64,000 nt of DNA from an uncultured Acidobacteriota bacterium (lineage in GTDB: Bacteria > Acidobacteriota > Blastocatellia > RBC074), in assembly GCA_963796275.1 (NCBI GenBank), contig CAWCKY010000004.1:928001-992000 (forward strand), read 5' to 3'. The position numbers and the translations under genes were made by a program. Below the pieces are notes generated by a model. It was not told the origin of the DNA, did not search any database, and saw nothing but the letters and a program-made list of their open reading frames with translations. Position 1 is the stretch's first letter, and the number at the start of each line of letters is the position of its first letter. Shown piece after piece: positions 19,128 through 31,468 of the stretch.

Positions 19128-20795
19128 CTACCTGTCGTAATAACCCCGCCGCGTCCTCGCCACCGCCCCATCGCGCTTCAATTTAACGGAAACCTTACGG
19201 AATTCACCATTATGTTTCAGCTTGTCGGGAGAATACGCGAGGCTGTAGAGCGTATGCAGCTCAGCGGCCACACGCCTGTATGCATCTTCCAGGTCATCCT
19301 CGCGCTGCGCGCTGAATATCTCGCCGCCCGTCTGTGCGGCCAGATCACTGAGCTGCCGTCGCGCAATCCTGCTCTTGTCATTGCCCATCAGCTCGCCGCC
19401 GCCGAACAAAAGACCCAGCTTGTCATAATGATTGGCCGGACTGAAATAGATCGGATAGACCGTGGCGTCTTCCTCGGATGCCCGTTCGAGCAGCTGTTCG
19501 AACGTATGATCAGTCGGGTCCGAACTCTCCAGCGAATCGTCTTCGCCATCTGTCAGAACGATGATGGCTTTGCGGGCGTCGCTCAGTTGATCCAGTTGAT
19601 CGAGAGCCTTCCACATAGAATCGTAAAATGCCGTATCGCCCGAAATGTCCTTCATCTCTTTCAAGACGCTTTTGAGCTTCGTCTTGTCATTCGTGAGTTC
19701 CGTGAGGGGACGGTACTGGCGAGTGAATGCAACGATTGCGATATTGTCCTGCGCCGGAAGCGCATCGATGAATCGAGATGCCGCCTCCTGCATCGCTTTG
19801 CGCTTGTTCTTCGTGCTGCCGCTCAAATCCAGGAGCATGATCATATTAACCGGAGCATTTACCGGTCTGAAGTGAGTGATCTCCATCTTCGACCCGTCTT
19901 CGTATACGGCGAAGTCGTCCGGCTTGAGATCGATCAGCGGTTGACCGCCGCGATCAATCGCCTTCACATTTAGATTGACAAGTCGCGTTTCAATGCGAAT
20001 CGCGCTCTTTTCCGGCATTTCGGGTCTGACCTCGACCGGCTGACCCGCCCTCTCAATTTCCCCCGGCGATGGGGGAATTTTTTCGTCTCTGGCTGAGACG
20101 CTCAACCTGGGTGGTTCTTTCGGCTGGGTCCCCTCGGAAGGAGCGGTATCTTGTGAAGGGTCAGCGGATGCTTGGGCGCCGCTCGCCATGGTCGAATCGG
20201 CGGTTGAGCGGTTCGCAACCTTGTTGTTATTACTATTGCTCCCGTTGCTCCCGTTGCCCCCGTTGCCCCCGCGAATCGATTTGCCGAGCGAGACGCCCAT
20301 GATTTTCGGATTCTCCAAAAACCTGACTGCCGCGTCGGGGTTGAATTTGACCTCGAGAATGACGGCTTCGCGCTCTTCCAGGGCGAGGAGGGCGAATTGA
20401 ACGTCCTTACCGGTGCATCTGGTATAGATCAATACATAGTTATGGCCGCCCCGCTTCGACATCACGCGAACCAGCGGCTGCCAATCTTTACCATAAGCAT
20501 TGCGCATGACGACTTCGAAAGGTTCGGAGCCTTCGCTCGGTGCGAAATATTGATTCTCAAAGACGGCCAGTTTGAAGCCCTTCACGCCCGCCGGCCGAAT
20601 AAGTTTGACGGCAAAGTTAGCCAGGCCGAGCATCGGGATGCGCGTCTTTCGAGCGCGATAATTTCTCTCGAAATGTTTGACCACGTCCTTGAATCCTTTG
20701 CCTTTCGCCTGCGCATTGGCTGCCAGGGCGGGCAGAAGAGAGATAATGATCCAGAATAAGATCGTCTTCCGTGCGAAAATGCGCTGGTTCTTCAT
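19128..20795 (-). CDS. Exported acidobacterial VWA-domain protein with DUF4252-like N-terminal domain
   Basis: Signal peptide; IRIETRLVNLNV, MIDAS DLSGST, T in GDTAFYD, LTDGED, LAAQTGG and RTRRGYY motifs; N-terminal GVKGFKLAVFE...WQPLVRV domain; low-complexity linker. Confidence 0.85.
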   Translation of the reverse strand: MKNQRIFARKTILFWIIISLLPALAANAQAKGKGFKDVVKHFERNYRARKTRIPMLGLANFAVKLIRPAGVKGFKLAVFENQYFAPSEGSEPFEVVMRNAYGKDWQPLVRVMSKRGGHNYVLIYTRCTGKDVQFALLALEEREAVILEVKFNPDAAVRFLENPKIMGVSLGKSIRGGNGGNGSNGSNSNNNKVANRSTADSTMASGAQASADPSQDTAPSEGTQPKEPPRLSVSARDEKIPPSPGEIERAGQPVEVRPEMPEKSAIRIETRLVNLNVKAIDRGGQPLIDLKPDDFAVYEDGSKMEITHFRPVNAPVNMIMLLDLSGSTKNKRKAMQEAASRFIDALPAQDNIAIVAFTRQYRPLTELTNDKTKLKSVLKEMKDISGDTAFYDSMWKALDQLDQLSDARKAIIVLTDGEDDSLESSDPTDHTFEQLLERASEEDATVYPIYFSPANHYDKLGLLFGGGELMGNDKSRIARRQLSDLAAQTGGEIFSAQREDDLEDAYRRVAAELHTLYSLAYSPDKLKHNGEFRKVSVKLKRDGAVARTRRGYYDR

Positions 20796-20810
20796 GTCAC
20801 TCTACCTCCA

Positions 20811-20924
20811 GGAGTCCCGTTTGGAGTTCCGCGTTTATGCGGTCTTTCTTTTCCGCACATGATTTTCTGACCGCCTGAAGGCGGAACGCCAAACGCGGAA
20901 CGCCAAATGGGAACTCCAAACGCG
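20811..20924. repeat. REP-like element (GGAGTTCCGCC-TTCA-GGCGG family)
   Basis: tttggagttccgc...ccgcctgaaggcggaacgccaaac, ggaactccaaac; homologous to 55660-55920. Confidence 0.7.
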
Positions 20925-20960
20925 TTTTTCAAGATAAAGCTGAAAAATCTCTATCGAATC

Positions 20961-21551
20961 TCACTCCTCCCCCGTCTTCTTTCTACCGACTCCGCTCCAA
21001 TCAATATCCATCTCTTTGGGAATACCGAATCGGCCGCGCAACTGGCCGATCTTTTCTGGATCGAGGGGGCCGACTACGTTGACGACGTATAGCTGTTTGG
21101 GATCGAAGACCAGAACGCTGACGCCGGCAATGACGCTGCCTTCAAGCATCAAATAGACCTCCGCGTTCTCACCATCTCGCTTACTGCGCACGCCGACGAC
21201 GCGGTTCCAACCGGGGGCACGCAGTTGTGTGCGGATCACTTCGAGGTCGGACTCGGTGAATTCACCTTCCTTGTCGAATTCGACCCCCTTTACAAAAACG
21301 CCTTTCAAGGTAGCGAGCAGTTCCTTTGCCATCGCCTCATCGGGATTGTCGGTCTTGAGAAATTTCGCTGCCATCTGCAAAAGCGAACTATCAACCCGGA
21401 CGTCGACCATCTGCGCCGCTTTGGGGAAGAGTTTATCCAGATGATCAATTTCCAGTCGGGCGTTCTGCGCGGAAACCGATGAGACCGTACTGAAGGTGAT
21501 AAAGAAGATTATGATTATCATCCTGACCGTGCCGAGTGTTTTAACAGTCAT
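20961..21551 (-). CDS. DUF4252 domain exported protein
   Basis: Paralog of 18250..18831 (ARLEI, LKGVFV, FDKEGEF, PGWNRVVGVRSKRDGEN, VVNVVGPLD); start probably at 21551 after GGAGG. Confidence 0.85.
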   Translation of the reverse strand: MTVKTLGTVRMIIIIFFITFSTVSSVSAQNARLEIDHLDKLFPKAAQMVDVRVDSSLLQMAAKFLKTDNPDEAMAKELLATLKGVFVKGVEFDKEGEFTESDLEVIRTQLRAPGWNRVVGVRSKRDGENAEVYLMLEGSVIAGVSVLVFDPKQLYVVNVVGPLDPEKIGQLRGRFGIPKEMDIDWSGVGRKKTGEE

Positions 21552-21695
21552 ATTTCGCCTCCATTGGGAAATGTAGCGGTTGTCGGTTGCGATTGTATGT
21601 ATCGCTTCGGCCCGTTTCATCGGGCTTTCAGGTAGCGCCCGGTCGATTGTTCGTAAGAATTTTCGAGTACCTGACTACTACCTGACGGCTACCGG

Positions 21696-22073
21696 CTACC
21701 GAGGAGCCGGCGTGCCTGATACCTTTTTCTGCGCTATGTTGAGTTTTGCGCTGGCGATCTTCATCGCCAACATCACCTGCTCTTTGGCTCTTTCGCCTTC
21801 CGCGATTTCGGCTTGATACGCACGGTAGCGGTGCACTCCGATGGCCGCGCAGATCAATAGGACGACCGCCGCAAATGCACCCGCCCACTTCAGCTGTGCC
21901 GGTTGAAAAAATTCCACCAACCTCCGCCACCAGCGGCTCTCCGTTTCTCTCCGTTTCGCGTGGCCGGGCGCATTCGCGATGCGCGCCATCACGCGATCGG
22001 TGAAATCGGGAGAAGCATCATCACGTTGAAGAGCCCGCTTCAACTCATTCTCCAAATCGACGTTCATATTCAC
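21696..22073 (-). CDS. Membrane anti-sigma factor-like protein
   Basis: GTG start overlapping the sigma TGA; LENELKRALQR..ASPDFTDRVM, one TM helix, and GERAKEQVMLAMKIASAKL tail. Confidence 0.75.
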   Translation of the reverse strand: MNMNVDLENELKRALQRDDASPDFTDRVMARIANAPGHAKRRETESRWWRRLVEFFQPAQLKWAGAFAAVVLLICAAIGVHRYRAYQAEIAEGERAKEQVMLAMKIASAKLNIAQKKVSGTPAPR

Positions 22074-22630
22074 ATGACCCCCAAAGATCTGCCCATCTTC
22101 TCTCTCAAAATTGCGAGCGAACGCCGCAGATGACTCTTGACCGTGTTGACCGGCATATCGAGGATATCTGCGATCTCCGCCGGATCGAGGTCCTCCTGAT
22201 AGCGTAGGGTGACAACCAGCCGCGGTCTTTCCGGTAATGTTGCGACGATTCGGCGCAAGGTGCTCTGCATCATCGCGTCCGGCCAGTCGAAGATCGAGAC
22301 CGGTTCGGGCGCCTCCTCGACGCTCACTGTCTTTATCCTGCGCCTGCGCGAGTGATCGATGCACCGATGTCCCGTCACTTTGCGCAACCAGAACTTCAGA
22401 TGTGCGCGCGATTCGATCGACCCGAGCTTCTGGTAAAGATGGAGAAAAACCTCTTGCGCCAGGTCTTCGGCGAGCGCCCTGTCGCGCAAGAAATGGCGCG
22501 CGATGCTGTAAACCATCGCCTGATGCTCGCGCACCAGATCGGCAAAGGCCGACTGATCACCGCTCTTTGCTCGCGTCAGCGTTTCTTCGTTCGCCTCGCA
22601 TGGCTGGGCTGCCGGTTCCGCCCCGTGCAT
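22070..22630 (-). CDS. ECF RNA polymerase sigma-70 factor
   Basis: GDQSAFADLV, AEDLAQEVFL, WL and region 4 EIADILDMPVNTVKSHLRR; SD GAGGTG before ATG 22630. Confidence 0.92.
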   Translation of the reverse strand: MHGAEPAAQPCEANEETLTRAKSGDQSAFADLVREHQAMVYSIARHFLRDRALAEDLAQEVFLHLYQKLGSIESRAHLKFWLRKVTGHRCIDHSRRRRIKTVSVEEAPEPVSIFDWPDAMMQSTLRRIVATLPERPRLVVTLRYQEDLDPAEIADILDMPVNTVKSHLRRSLAILREKMGRSLGVM

Positions 22631-22960
22631 CGCCACCTCTTCTCTTTTTGCAATCAATTGATCATTTCGTCTTTCACTGGCCATTACGCACGGTAAGTGA
22701 CCGGAGAATGCAAAAAGTTTTAACCTTAATGAAAAAAACCGTCTTTTTCGCTGCCAAATGCTGCCAAATATAGATCGGCGAAAATCTGTTTCATCGGCGT
22801 CATCCGGGCTCAAATTTGCCGACATTTCTTTCCCGATTTGCTTTCCTATCGGTATGCTTGACGATATTGTAAACCGTATGCTAGGTTTGCCGTCCGGTGG
22901 CGATACCCCCTCTATTCAGGCTCTTTCTGCCCTCCGGAGACATTACCGAGGAAGGCGAAC

Positions 22961-24067
22961 TTGTCAATCAAACAACTCAAACTGACGGCGCTCAATCAAG
23001 CACATAAAAACCTGGGCGGAAGGATGATCGATTTCGGCGGTTGGGAGATGCCGATCCAGTATCCTGCCGGGACGATCGAAGAACATCTCACTGTACGGAA
23101 TGCAGCCGGTATCTTCGATGTCAGCCACATGGGAGAGATCGAAATCAACGGCCCGCAGGCTCTTGCGCTCGTCCAGCACATGACATCAAACGATGCGGCA
23201 AAATTGTCTGATGGACAGATTCAATACTCGGCCTTGACCTATCCGAATGGAGCTTTCGTTGACGATATCCTCGTCCATCGCTTCTCACGCGACCACTACT
23301 TTCTTTGCGTGAATGCGTCGAACAGCGATAAGGACTACGCGTGGATCGTGGGGAACGCGGCGGATTTCGATGCCGAGGTGAAAAACGCGAGCGCCGATTA
23401 CACGCAACTGGCGATTCAGGGCCCGAAAGCGAAGGACGTCCTGCAGCCGCTGGTCGATGTGGATATTGGTGCCTTCAAGTACTACTGGTTCGCGCGCGGC
23501 CGCGTCGACGGTATTCCTGCCATCATCTCTCGCACCGGCTACACCGGTGAAGACGGTTTCGAGCTTTACTTCGATCCTGCGGAATCGGAACGGATATGGG
23601 ACAGGATCCTGGAAGCAGGCAAGCCCCACGGTTTGCTGCCCTGCGGGCTGGCGGCGCGCAATACGCTGCGGCTCGAAGCCAAAATGGCGCTATACGGCAA
23701 CGATATCGACGAAACGACGACCGTGCTCGAAGCCGACCTGGGCTGGATATGTCAGCTTGGGAAAGGCGATTTTATCGGCCGCGATTCCCTGGTGCAGCAG
23801 AAAGAGGGGGGATTGTCGCGCAAACTGATCGGATTCGAAGTGATCGATAAAGGCATCGCGCGCGATCATTGTCCGGTTTTTATCAATGGCATAGAGGCGG
23901 GAGCGGTGACATCCGGAAGCCCGGCGCCGTTCCTCAAAAAAAATATCGGACTGGCGTATCTTCCGATCGAACATACTGCGATCGGAACCCGGTTCGTAAT
24001 CGAGGTTCGCGGACGCCAGCTTACGGCGGAAGTCGTGCGAACTCCGTTTTATAAACGAAGCAGGTAG
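22961..24067 (+). CDS. gcvT: Glycine cleavage system aminomethyltransferase T
   Basis: FGGWEMP, FDVSHMG, SRTGYTGEDGFE and GLAARNTLRLEA motifs. Confidence 0.97.
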   Translation: MSIKQLKLTALNQAHKNLGGRMIDFGGWEMPIQYPAGTIEEHLTVRNAAGIFDVSHMGEIEINGPQALALVQHMTSNDAAKLSDGQIQYSALTYPNGAFVDDILVHRFSRDHYFLCVNASNSDKDYAWIVGNAADFDAEVKNASADYTQLAIQGPKAKDVLQPLVDVDIGAFKYYWFARGRVDGIPAIISRTGYTGEDGFELYFDPAESERIWDRILEAGKPHGLLPCGLAARNTLRLEAKMALYGNDIDETTTVLEADLGWICQLGKGDFIGRDSLVQQKEGGLSRKLIGFEVIDKGIARDHCPVFINGIEAGAVTSGSPAPFLKKNIGLAYLPIEHTAIGTRFVIEVRGRQLTAEVVRTPFYKRSR

Positions 24068-24170
24068 TTTTCAGTGCTTATCCTGGTATTCGGTTTTCAG
24101 TATTCCATGGCCACCTCTAGTTATGGGAACTCGCTTGACTGAAACTGAAAACCCGAAATCTGAAAACTTA
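24066..24170. repeat. Inverted heptamer repeat hairpin between gcvT and gcvH
   Basis: GTTTTCAG runs pair with CTGAAAAC runs. Confidence 0.5.
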
Positions 24171-24185
24171 AGAAGAGAGGAAGCA

Positions 24186-24581
24186 ATGGCAGCTTATCCT
24201 GACGATTTACATTACACTAAAGATCACGAGTGGATTCGCGTGAGTGGCGGAACTGGCATAGTAGGCATCACCTATTTCGCCCAGGAACAACTGGGAGATG
24301 TCGTCCACGTTCAACTGCCACGCGTTGGTGAGAAGTTTTCGGCACACGACACATTCGGCGAAGTGGAGTCTGTCAAAACCTTCAGTGAACTTTTCACTCC
24401 CGTCTCCGGCGAGGTTGTCGAAGTCAATGAGGCGTTAACCGATTCGCCTGAACACGTAAACACCGCACCCTATGGAGATGGCTGGATGATAAAACTCAAA
24501 CTGGGCGATCCCGGTGAACTCGACGGCCTGCTCTCGGCTAGCGAATACGAAGATTTCATCGAATCGCAGAAAGAGGAATAA
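24186..24581 (+). CDS. gcvH: Glycine cleavage system H protein
   Basis: YTKDHEW, GIT.FAQEQLGD, lipoyl-Lys ESVK and PYGDGW motifs; SD GAGGA before ATG 24186. Confidence 0.97.
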   Translation: MAAYPDDLHYTKDHEWIRVSGGTGIVGITYFAQEQLGDVVHVQLPRVGEKFSAHDTFGEVESVKTFSELFTPVSGEVVEVNEALTDSPEHVNTAPYGDGWMIKLKLGDPGELDGLLSASEYEDFIESQKEE

Positions 24582-24592
24582 AACTAAATAAG

Positions 24593-25987
24593 ATGCGTTA
24601 CATTCCTAATTCGGCCCAGGAGCGTGAATCGATGTTGCGCGAAATGGGCCGCAAATCAATCTCCGACCTTTTTCGAGGTATCCCCGATCACCTTCAATTG
24701 AACCGCCCGCTCAGACTCCCGCCCGCTCTCTCCGAAACTGAAACATTGAACTATTTCCGCAATCTCGCTGAAAGAAACGCCACACACCTAACGGGGCAGA
24801 CGGGGCAGACGGGGCAGACGGGACCACAAGTGGGCCAACGGATGGCCTCATTCCTGGGAGCGGGCGCCTATGATCATTTCATCCCGACGATTATCGACAC
24901 GTTGATCTCGCGCTCGGAGTTTTATACATCGTACACGCCATACCAGCCGGAGATCAGCCAGGGCACACTACAGGCGATCTTTGAATTTCAGACGATGATC
25001 TGCGAATTGACGGGGATGGATGTCTCGAATGCCTCGCTCTATGACGGCTCCACGGCAACCGCCGAAGCGGTGCTTATGGCCGAGCGCGTCACCAATCGAG
25101 CGAAAGTGGCATTGGCAGGAAACCTGCATCCCGAGTATCGCCAGGTTGTGGATACCTACATTCGCAATGCGGGGATCACTGAAATCACGCTGCCGTTCGA
25201 TGGAAAAACCGGCACTCTGAAACCCGACGCGGTAGCCGGATTGGCTGATGATGTGGCGGCGGTGATCGTCCAATCTCCCAACTTCTTCGGCAGCATCGAA
25301 GACCTGCAGCGGCTGGGCGAGATCGCACATAAAAAGGGCGCGCTTTTCGTCGTTGTGGTAGCTGAAGGGTTGAGCCTGGGACTGCTGAAAGCGCCGGGCC
25401 AGGCGGGAGCTGATATAGTCTGCGGCGAAGCGCAATCGTTCGGCATACCGCTTTCTTTCGGCGGCTCTTACTGCGGGTTCTTTGCGGTACGCGAAAAATA
25501 TCAGCGGCAGATCCCGGGCCGGCTCGCAGGTCAGGCGATGGATGCTCAGGGGCGAACGGGCTATGTGCTGACGCTCGCGGCGCGCGAGCAGCACATACGG
25601 CGCGAGAAAGCGACATCCAACATCTGCACCAATCAGGGACTCTATGCGTTGATGGCGACGATCTATCTTTCAACCCTCGGCCGCCGCGGCGTGCGAGAGG
25701 TCGCGCAACATAACGTGCAGAAAGCCCATTATGCGTCGCGGCAGATCAAGTCGATCAACGGATATGGGATCCGTTTCGCCGCCCCGTTCTTCAATGAATT
25801 CGTCGTAAGTTGCCCCCGCCCCGCGGAGCTGATCCTGGCGCGGCTGCAAAAGAAGAGAATAATCGGAGGTTTCCCCCTTTCCCGCTTCTTCCCGGAGATG
25901 AAGAACGAGATACTGGTGTGCGTGACCGAGACGACGACGAAAGCGGAGATCGATTCGCTGGTCGAGGCGTTGAAGGAGATCAAGTAA
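24593..25987 (+). CDS. gcvPA: Glycine dehydrogenase (decarboxylating) subunit 1
   Basis: FLGAGAY, YTPYQPEISQG and REQHIRREKATSNICTNQ motifs. Confidence 0.97.
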   Translation: MRYIPNSAQERESMLREMGRKSISDLFRGIPDHLQLNRPLRLPPALSETETLNYFRNLAERNATHLTGQTGQTGQTGPQVGQRMASFLGAGAYDHFIPTIIDTLISRSEFYTSYTPYQPEISQGTLQAIFEFQTMICELTGMDVSNASLYDGSTATAEAVLMAERVTNRAKVALAGNLHPEYRQVVDTYIRNAGITEITLPFDGKTGTLKPDAVAGLADDVAAVIVQSPNFFGSIEDLQRLGEIAHKKGALFVVVVAEGLSLGLLKAPGQAGADIVCGEAQSFGIPLSFGGSYCGFFAVREKYQRQIPGRLAGQAMDAQGRTGYVLTLAAREQHIRREKATSNICTNQGLYALMATIYLSTLGRRGVREVAQHNVQKAHYASRQIKSINGYGIRFAAPFFNEFVVSCPRPAELILARLQKKRIIGGFPLSRFFPEMKNEILVCVTETTTKAEIDSLVEALKEIK

Positions 25988-26093
25988 TAGCACGGAGCGG
26001 ATCGTTAGCAGGTCGTGAAGGGTAACACATTTTCCGGACCGACCTTCGTTATTGCCTTTGCGCCTACGGCAGAGGCGCCGGATCAGGCACAAT

Positions 26094-26189
26094 TGAGCCC
26101 ACGAAGTGGGCGACAGAATAAAGCCCAGGGTGTACGAACCCTGGGTAGCGTACACCCTAGACACGCGAGCCCACGAAGTGGGCGATAGA
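26094..26189. repeat. REP-like element (GCCCAC-GAA-GTGGGC family) between gcvPA and gcvPB
   Basis: gagcccacgaagtgggcgacagaataaagcccagggtg...aaccctggg...gagcccacgaagtgggcgatagac, close to the 38800 unit. Confidence 0.8.
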
Positions 26190-26335
26190 CAATGATTTCA
26201 TAATGAATAGAAGATTTCTTCAGAATCCCATCCAGCGCCTCTGCCGGGGTGCAATGTGAGGGCGCACGGCGACCGGTGGCTCCGCTACGCTGGCTGGAAG
26301 GTGATATTGCAGTAACAGTCGAAGAAGGGGCATTA

Positions 26336-27847
26336 GTGATAAAGAAAGCAAGCATTCATATCAATCAAAACGAGGGGACGATTTTCGAACGCTCGCGTCC
26401 CGGCCGGATCGGTTACAAGCTTCCGGCGCTCGATGTCGAAGCGACGCCGATCAATTCAATGATCGACGAACAACTCTTGCGCGATGACGATCTGGCTGGC
26501 CTGCCCGAGGTCAGCGAGGTAGATGTCATCCGCCATTTCACGCGGATCTCGACGTGGAATTACGCGGTCGATTACGGGATGTACCCGCTCGGGTCCTGCA
26601 CGATGAAGTACAACCCGAAACTCAACGAACGGGTGGCGCGACTCGAGGGCTTCGCCGCCTCGCATCCATACGCGCCCGACGGTCTGGCGCAGGGCAACCT
26701 CGAATTGATCAGAGAACTGGAAGAGGCTCTCTCCGAGATAACCGGTCTGGATGCGGTCAGCCTGCAGCCGGCGGCGGGCGCGCAGGGTGAGATGACGGGC
26801 CTCATGGTGATACGCAAATGCCTCGAATCTCGCGGCTCCGCGCGCAAGCTCGTGCTCATCCCCGATTCTGCGCACGGGACCAATCCGGCGAGCGCGGCAA
26901 TCTGCGGCTATCAGGTGAAAACGATCAAATCGAACAGCAACGGCGCAATCGATATCGACAATCTGCGCGAGACCGTCAATGGCGATGTCGCCGCGCTGAT
27001 GCTCACCAATCCTTCGACTCTCGGAATGTTTGAGGAGAATATAGAAGAGGTCTGCCGCATTATGCACGATGCGGGCGCCCTCGTTTATATGGACGGCGCT
27101 AACATGAATGCGCTCGTCGGCATCGCACGGCCCGGCGATATGGGGATTGACGTCATTCATTTGAATCTACACAAGACATTTTCCACCCCGCATGGCGGCG
27201 GAGGCCCCGGCGCCGGTCCGATCGCCGTGACGAAAGAGCTCGAGCCATTTCTTCCCTTCCCGCGCGTGTGCGAAACAACGAGCGAAAAAGGCCAAAGCAT
27301 TCTGCGTCTCGACTACGACCGGCCGCAATCCATCGGTCGCGTCCGCGCATTTCACGGCAACTATTCCGTGCTGATCCGCGCATTGTGCTACATCATAACG
27401 CTCGGGCCCGACGGACTGCGCGAAGCAACGGAGACGGCCGTCCTCAACGCGAACTACATCGCCCATCATTTAAAGGAAGACTATGAGATCGCCTATGACG
27501 GCCGGCCCATGCACGAAGTGATCTTCAGCGATAAAAGACAGCAGAAGTTCGGCGTTTACACGCTGGATATAGCGAAACGATTGATCGATTACGGATTTCA
27601 CCCGATGACGATCTACTTTCCTCTGGTGGTCCCCGGGGCGATGATGATTGAGCCGACCGAGAGTGAGGGCCGTGAGGAACTCGACCTTTTCATCGATGCG
27701 ATGCGTTCAATCGCACGCGAAGCGATGGAAAACCCCGAATTGGTCAAAAACGCTCCGCATAATACGCGCATCGGTCGTCTCGATGAAGCCGCGGCGGCGC
27801 GTAAACCCGTATTGCGGTGGAGGGTGGCGACTGAGGAGGCGAGATAG
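26336..27847 (+). CDS. gcvPB: Glycine dehydrogenase (decarboxylating) subunit 2
   Basis: YPLGSCTMKYNP, SAHGTNPASA and PLP-Lys HLNLHKTFSTPHGGGGPG motifs; GTG start near 26336. Confidence 0.97.
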   Translation: MIKKASIHINQNEGTIFERSRPGRIGYKLPALDVEATPINSMIDEQLLRDDDLAGLPEVSEVDVIRHFTRISTWNYAVDYGMYPLGSCTMKYNPKLNERVARLEGFAASHPYAPDGLAQGNLELIRELEEALSEITGLDAVSLQPAAGAQGEMTGLMVIRKCLESRGSARKLVLIPDSAHGTNPASAAICGYQVKTIKSNSNGAIDIDNLRETVNGDVAALMLTNPSTLGMFEENIEEVCRIMHDAGALVYMDGANMNALVGIARPGDMGIDVIHLNLHKTFSTPHGGGGPGAGPIAVTKELEPFLPFPRVCETTSEKGQSILRLDYDRPQSIGRVRAFHGNYSVLIRALCYIITLGPDGLREATETAVLNANYIAHHLKEDYEIAYDGRPMHEVIFSDKRQQKFGVYTLDIAKRLIDYGFHPMTIYFPLVVPGAMMIEPTESEGREELDLFIDAMRSIAREAMENPELVKNAPHNTRIGRLDEAAAARKPVLRWRVATEEAR

Positions 27848-27856
27848 GATAAAATG

Positions 27857-27974
27857 AAGTTTTCAGTTTTCAGTTTTTAGTAAATCGACAATTGATAACA
27901 CTGAAAGCTGAAACCGATCAGTTCAGCTAGATATTAACAGCGACTTGCGAACTGAAAACTGAAAACTAAAAACT
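27857..27974. repeat. Inverted heptamer repeat hairpin between gcvPB and hsp20
   Basis: AGTTTTC runs at 27857-27881 pair with ACTGAAA runs at 27950-27974. Confidence 0.6.
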
Positions 27975-27983
27975 TAGAGATTT

Positions 27984-28447
27984 ATGGCAACACCGAGTCC
28001 ACTACATCCGCTATCGAAAGACGTTGCGGAACAACTTCGTGAGAGGATGCGGCGCATCCTGGTACGCCTGGATGAGATGCGCGCAATGGCATCGAGCCCG
28101 AGCGCATGGATTCCGCCGGTCGATGTCTGCGAAATGGATGAAGCGATATTGGTAAGGGTGGAACTGCCCGGTGTATCGCTAAGTAATGTGCGCGTGACGA
28201 TGCTTGATAACATGCTCAAGATCGAAGGGCGCAAAGACCGCGAGGCGCCGAATCAATACCCCGAAGCTGATCGGCCCATCCGCTTCATCTGCCTGGAGCG
28301 AAGCTACGGCAATTTCACCTTCAGCGTCGCACTCAACTGGCCGATTGAGGTGGAAAATATCTCAGCGAAGCTGGTCGAAGGCATTTTGCAGATACGATTA
28401 CCCAAGTCGCCGACCTGCGGCCGCGAGATCGTAATATCAATTTCCGA

Positions 28448-28451
<4 letters not shown>
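27984..28451 (+). CDS. Hsp20/alpha-crystallin small heat shock protein
   Basis: WIPPVDV.E, ELPGV, ERSYGNF and A.L.EGIL.I.LPK motifs. Confidence 0.92.
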
Positions 28452-30940
<2,489 letters not shown>

Positions 30941-30976
30941 CAATTGAATCAATCTTGGTTCATCTGGCAAATCTCC

Positions 30977-31010
30977 AATAAGCCATGGCCAGGCCACGGC
31001 TTATTTCTTT
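30977..31010. terminator. Intrinsic terminator after lon, possibly bidirectional
   Basis: AATAAGCC-a-TGGC-cag-GCCA-c-GGCTTATT hairpin followed by a T-rich tract. Confidence 0.65.
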
Positions 31011-31030
31011 GCGCATATATCTATGCTCAT

Positions 31031-31468
31031 TCATTTCCGCTGATTACCGTATACTCGGATTTGATCGATCGTCTTGACAATTTCCGGGCGGACCTCGGCA
31101 GGAACCAATACGAGGAGATCAGAGAGCTTTTCCATGACATCGATCTTGAGCCCGTCAGGCCCGGACTTCCCGTCAAAGGCTTGGAGATGAATAAGCGCCA
31201 TCGTCACGGTATTTCTATCTCTTCCTTTTTCGACTAAAGTGTCGATTACATAATGCCATCCGGAAGTGTTTTCCCCTCTGGCGAGAGTCGCAGAGAGAGA
31301 TATCTGAATTTCCCTGCTCTCCATCTTCGGCAAGCGTTCGATCGCCTTCTCGATCCACTCGGTCTTGCCCCACTGCTGTAATGACTCGGCCGCCATACTA
31401 ACCATAAATTCGCGTGAGTCGTCCATGGGGTAGATCAAAAAAGCTGAATAGATTTCTTTGCATATCAC
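31031..31468 (-). CDS. Hypothetical alpha-helical (HEAT-like) protein, possibly a fragment
   Basis: GGAG SD before a GTG start; helical amphipathic pattern; next to an AT-rich stretch; no family recognised. Confidence 0.45.
   Translation of the reverse strand: MICKEIYSAFLIYPMDDSREFMVSMAAESLQQWGKTEWIEKAIERLPKMESREIQISLSATLARGENTSGWHYVIDTLVEKGRDRNTVTMALIHLQAFDGKSGPDGLKIDVMEKLSDLLVLVPAEVRPEIVKTIDQIRVYGNQRK

Noticed and set aside
22074-22364. Long N-terminal extension of ORF 21696..22364
   Set aside because: It is an alternative frame inside the sigma gene; the anti-sigma most plausibly starts at the GTGA overlap (22073).
22860-22960. Glycine riboswitch upstream of gcvT
   Set aside because: Fragments (TTCAGG, GGAGA, CCGAGGAAG) are in the wrong order and I could not build the aptamer stems; an Rfam RF00504 scan would settle it.
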